Of a DNA stretch of 64,000 bases, positions 60,681 to 64,000 are shown piece after piece. Source of the stretch: Octopus sinensis (taxonomy: Eukaryota). The translations under genes were made by a program, and so were the position numbers. Below the pieces are notes generated by a model, which was not told the DNA's origin, searched no databases, and saw only the letters and a program-made list of their open reading frames with translations. The stretch covers positions 32,798,001-32,862,000 of the forward strand of contig NC_043017.1 of NCBI RefSeq assembly GCF_006345805.1. The letters are read 5' to 3'. Numbering within the stretch: the stretch's first letter is position 1; each line of letters begins with the position of its first letter.

Positions 60681-63600
60681 AATACAGTGCACAGGTGCAC
60701 CACAAATACAGTGCTCAGATGTACCACAAATACAGTGCTCAGGTGCACCACAAATACAGTGCTCAGGTGCACCACAAATACAGTGCTCAGATGTACCACA
60801 AATACAGTGCTCAGGTGCACCACAAATACAGTGCTCAGGTGCACCACAAATACAGTGCTCAGGTGCACCACAAATACAGTGCTCAGGTGCACCACAATAC
60901 AGTGCTCAGGTGCACCACAAATACAGTGCTCAGGTGCACCACAATACAGTGCTCAGGTGCACCACAAACACAGTGTTAGGTGCACCACAAATACAGTGCT
61001 CAGGTGCACCACAAATACAGTGCTCAGGTGCACCACAAATACAGTGCTCAGGTGCACCACAAATACAGTGCTCAGGTGCACCACAAATACAGTGCTCGGG
61101 TGCACCACAAATACAGTGCTCGGGTGCACCACAAATACAGTGCTCAGGTGCACCACAAATACAGTACTCAGGTGCACCACAATACAGTGCTCAGGTGCAC
61201 CACAAATACAGTGCTCAGGTGCACCACAAATACAGTGCTCAGGTGCACCACAAATACAGTGCTCAGGTGCACCACAAATACAGTGCTCAGGTGCACCACA
61301 AATACAGTGCTCAGGTGCACCACAAATACAGTGCTCAGGTGCACCACAAATACAGTGCTCAGATGTACCACAAATACAGTGCTCAGGTGCACCACAAATA
61401 CAGTGCTCAGGTGCACCACAAATACAGTGCTCAGGTGCACCACAAATACAGTGCTCAGGTGCACCACAATACAGTGCTCAGGTGCACCACAAATACAGTG
61501 CTCAGGTGCACCACAATACAGTGCTCAGGTGCACCACAAACACAGTGTTAGGTGCACCACAAATACAGTGCTCAGGTGCACCACAAATACAGTGCTCAGG
61601 TGCACCACAAATACAGTGCTCAGGTGCACCACAAATACAGTGCTCAGGTGCACCACAAATACAGTGCTCAGATGTACCACAAATACAGTGCTCAGGTGCA
61701 CCACAAATACAGTGCTCAGGTGCACCACAAATACAGTGCTCAGGTGCACCACAAATACAGTGCTCAGGTGCACCACAATACAGTGCTCAGGTGCACCACA
61801 AATACAGTGCTCAGGTGCACCACAATACAGTGCTCAGGTGCACCACAAACACAGTGTTAGGTGCACCACAAATACAGTGCTCAGGTGCACCACAAATACA
61901 GTGCTCAGGTGCACCACAAACAGTGCTCAGGTGCACCACAAATACAGTGCTCAGGTGCACCACAAATACAGTGCTCAGGTGCACCACAATACAGTGCTCG
62001 GTGCACCACAAATACAGTGCTCAGATGTACCACAAATACAGTGCTCAGGTGCACCACAAATACATGCTCAGGTGCACCACAAATACAGTGCTCAGGTGCA
62101 CCACAAATACAGTGCTCAGGTGCACCACAATACAGTGCTCAGGTGCACCACAAATACAGTGCTCAGGTGCACCACAATACAGTGCTCAGGTGCACCACAA
62201 ACACAGTGTTAGGTGCACCACAAATACAGTGCTCAGGTGCACCAAAATACAGTGCTCAGGTGCACCACAAATACAGTGCTCAGGTGCACCACAAATACAG
62301 TGCTCAGGTGCACCACAAATACAGTGCTCAGGTGCATCACAAATACAGTGCTCGGGTGCACCACAAATACAGTGCTCAGGTGCACCACAATACAGTGCTC
62401 AGGTGCACCACAAATACAGTGCTCAGGTGCACCACAAACACAGTGTTAGGTGCACCACAAACACAGTGTTAGGTGCACCACAAATACAGTGCTCAGGTGC
62501 ACCACAAATACAGTGCTCAGGTGCACCACAAACACAGTGTTAGGTGCACCACAAATACAGTGCTCAGGTGCACCACAAACACAGTGTTAGGTGCACCACA
62601 AATACAGTGCTCAGGTGCACCGCAAATACAGTGCTCAGGTGCACCACAAATACAGTGCTCAGGTGCACCACAAACACAGTGTTAGGTGCACCACAAACAC
62701 AGTGTTAGGTGCACCACAAACACAGTGTTAGGTGCACCACAAATACAGTGCTCAGGTGCACCACAAATACAGTGCTCAGATGTACCACAAATACAGTGCT
62801 CAGGTGCACCACAAATACAGTGCTCAGGTGCACCACAAATACAGTGCTCAGGTGCACCACAAATACAGTGCTCAGGTGCACCACAAATACAGTGCTCAGG
62901 TGCACCACAAATACAGTGCTCAGGTGCACCACAATACAGTGCTCAGGTGCACCACACATACAGTGCTCATGTGCACCACAATACAGTGCTCAGGTGCACC
63001 ACAAATACAGTGCTTAGGTGCACCACAAATACAGTGCTCAGGTGCACCACAAATACAGTACTCAGGTGCACCACAAATACAGTGCTCAGGTGCACCACAA
63101 ATACAGTGCTCAGGTGCACCACAATACAGTGCTCATGTGCACCACAAATACAGTGCTCAGGTGCACCGCAAATACAGTACTCAGGTGCACCACAAATACA
63201 GTGCTTAGGTGCACCACAAATACAGTGCTCAGGTGCACCACAATACAGTGCTCAGGTGCACCGCAAATACAGTGCTCAGGTGCACCACAAATACAGTGCT
63301 TAGGTGCACCACAAATACAGTGCTCAGGTGCACCACAATACAGTGCTCAGGTGCACCACAAATACAGTGCTCAGGTGCACCACACATACAGTGCTCATGT
63401 GCACCACAATACAGTGCTCAGGTGCACCGCAAATACAGTGCTCAGGTGCACCACAAATACAGTGCTTAGGTGCACCACAAATACACTGCTCAGGTGCACC
63501 ACAATACAGTGCTCATGTGCACCACAATACAGTGCTCAGGTGCACCACAAATACAGTGCTCAGGTGCACCACAAATACAGTGCTCGGGTGCACCACAAAT

Positions 63601-64000
63601 ATAGTGCTCGGGTGCACCACAATACACTGCTCAGGTGCACCACAAATACAGTGCTCAGGTGCACCACAAATACAGTGCTCGGGTGCACCACAATACACTG
63701 CTCAGGTGCACCACAAATACAGTGCTCAGGTGCACCACAAATACAGTGCTCGGGTGCACCACAAATATAGTGCTCGGGTGCACCACAATACACTGCTCAG
63801 GTGCACCACAATACAGTGCTCATGTGCACCACAATACAGTGCTCAGGTGCACCACAAATACAGTGCTCAGGTGCACCACAAATACAGTGCTCGGGTGCAC
63901 CACAAATACAGTGCTCAGGTGCACCACAAATACAGTGCTCGGGTGCACCACAAATATAGTGCTCAGGTGCACCACAAATACAGTGCTCAGGTGCACCACA
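60681..64000. repeat. 24-bp minisatellite (CAGTGCTCAGGTGCACCACAAATA)n, running off the window end
   Basis: Direct inspection; includes 23-bp deletion variants and GTTAG/GATGTAC substitution variants. Confidence 0.97.

Noticed and set aside
60633-63770. 636-aa, 410-aa and other long ORFs
   Set aside because: They are translations of the 24-bp satellite in all frames; frame switches follow the 23-bp variants.

Overview
AT-rich, repeat-saturated eukaryotic DNA. The SINE/LINE families look like Octopus (cephalopod) repeats; this is from recognition, not a database search. I could not support any host protein-coding exon, and nearly all ORFs in the supplied track are translations of microsatellites, minisatellites or SINEs. 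Retroposons: about 30 copies or fragments of a CORE-like tRNA-SINE (family A), about 12 of a second tRNA-SINE (family B), about 16 3' ends of an RTE-linked retroposon with a (GAT)n tail (family C), a V-domain-like SINE, a 4-kb R4/Dong-like LINE relic riddled with SINEs, and RTE/BovB-like and CR1-like 3' ends. DNA transposons: mariner and maT/Tc1 transposase relics, hAT-, mariner- and piggyBac-type MITEs, and an STPR-repeat (possibly Helitron) fragment. Tandem repeats: 23-bp, 24-bp and (GGT)n-based minisatellites. Main result of the hunt: several short, mutually unrelated elements, most of them in or beside (TA)n tracts, fold by eye into type I hammerhead ribozymes. Each has an open stem I, a CUGANGA-type core, a stem II, GAAA, a self-complementary stem III and an NUH site. 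The best cases are 5330-5402(-), 12617-12708(-), 13142-13237(-), 44998-45096(-) and 48505-48605(-), and degenerate copies lie in the arms of long foldbacks. One pair is a ~527-nt tandem repeat with a retrozyme/Penelope pseudo-LTR-like layout. Repeat boundaries are approximate (within about 10-20 bp); ribozyme coordinates were counted base by base.
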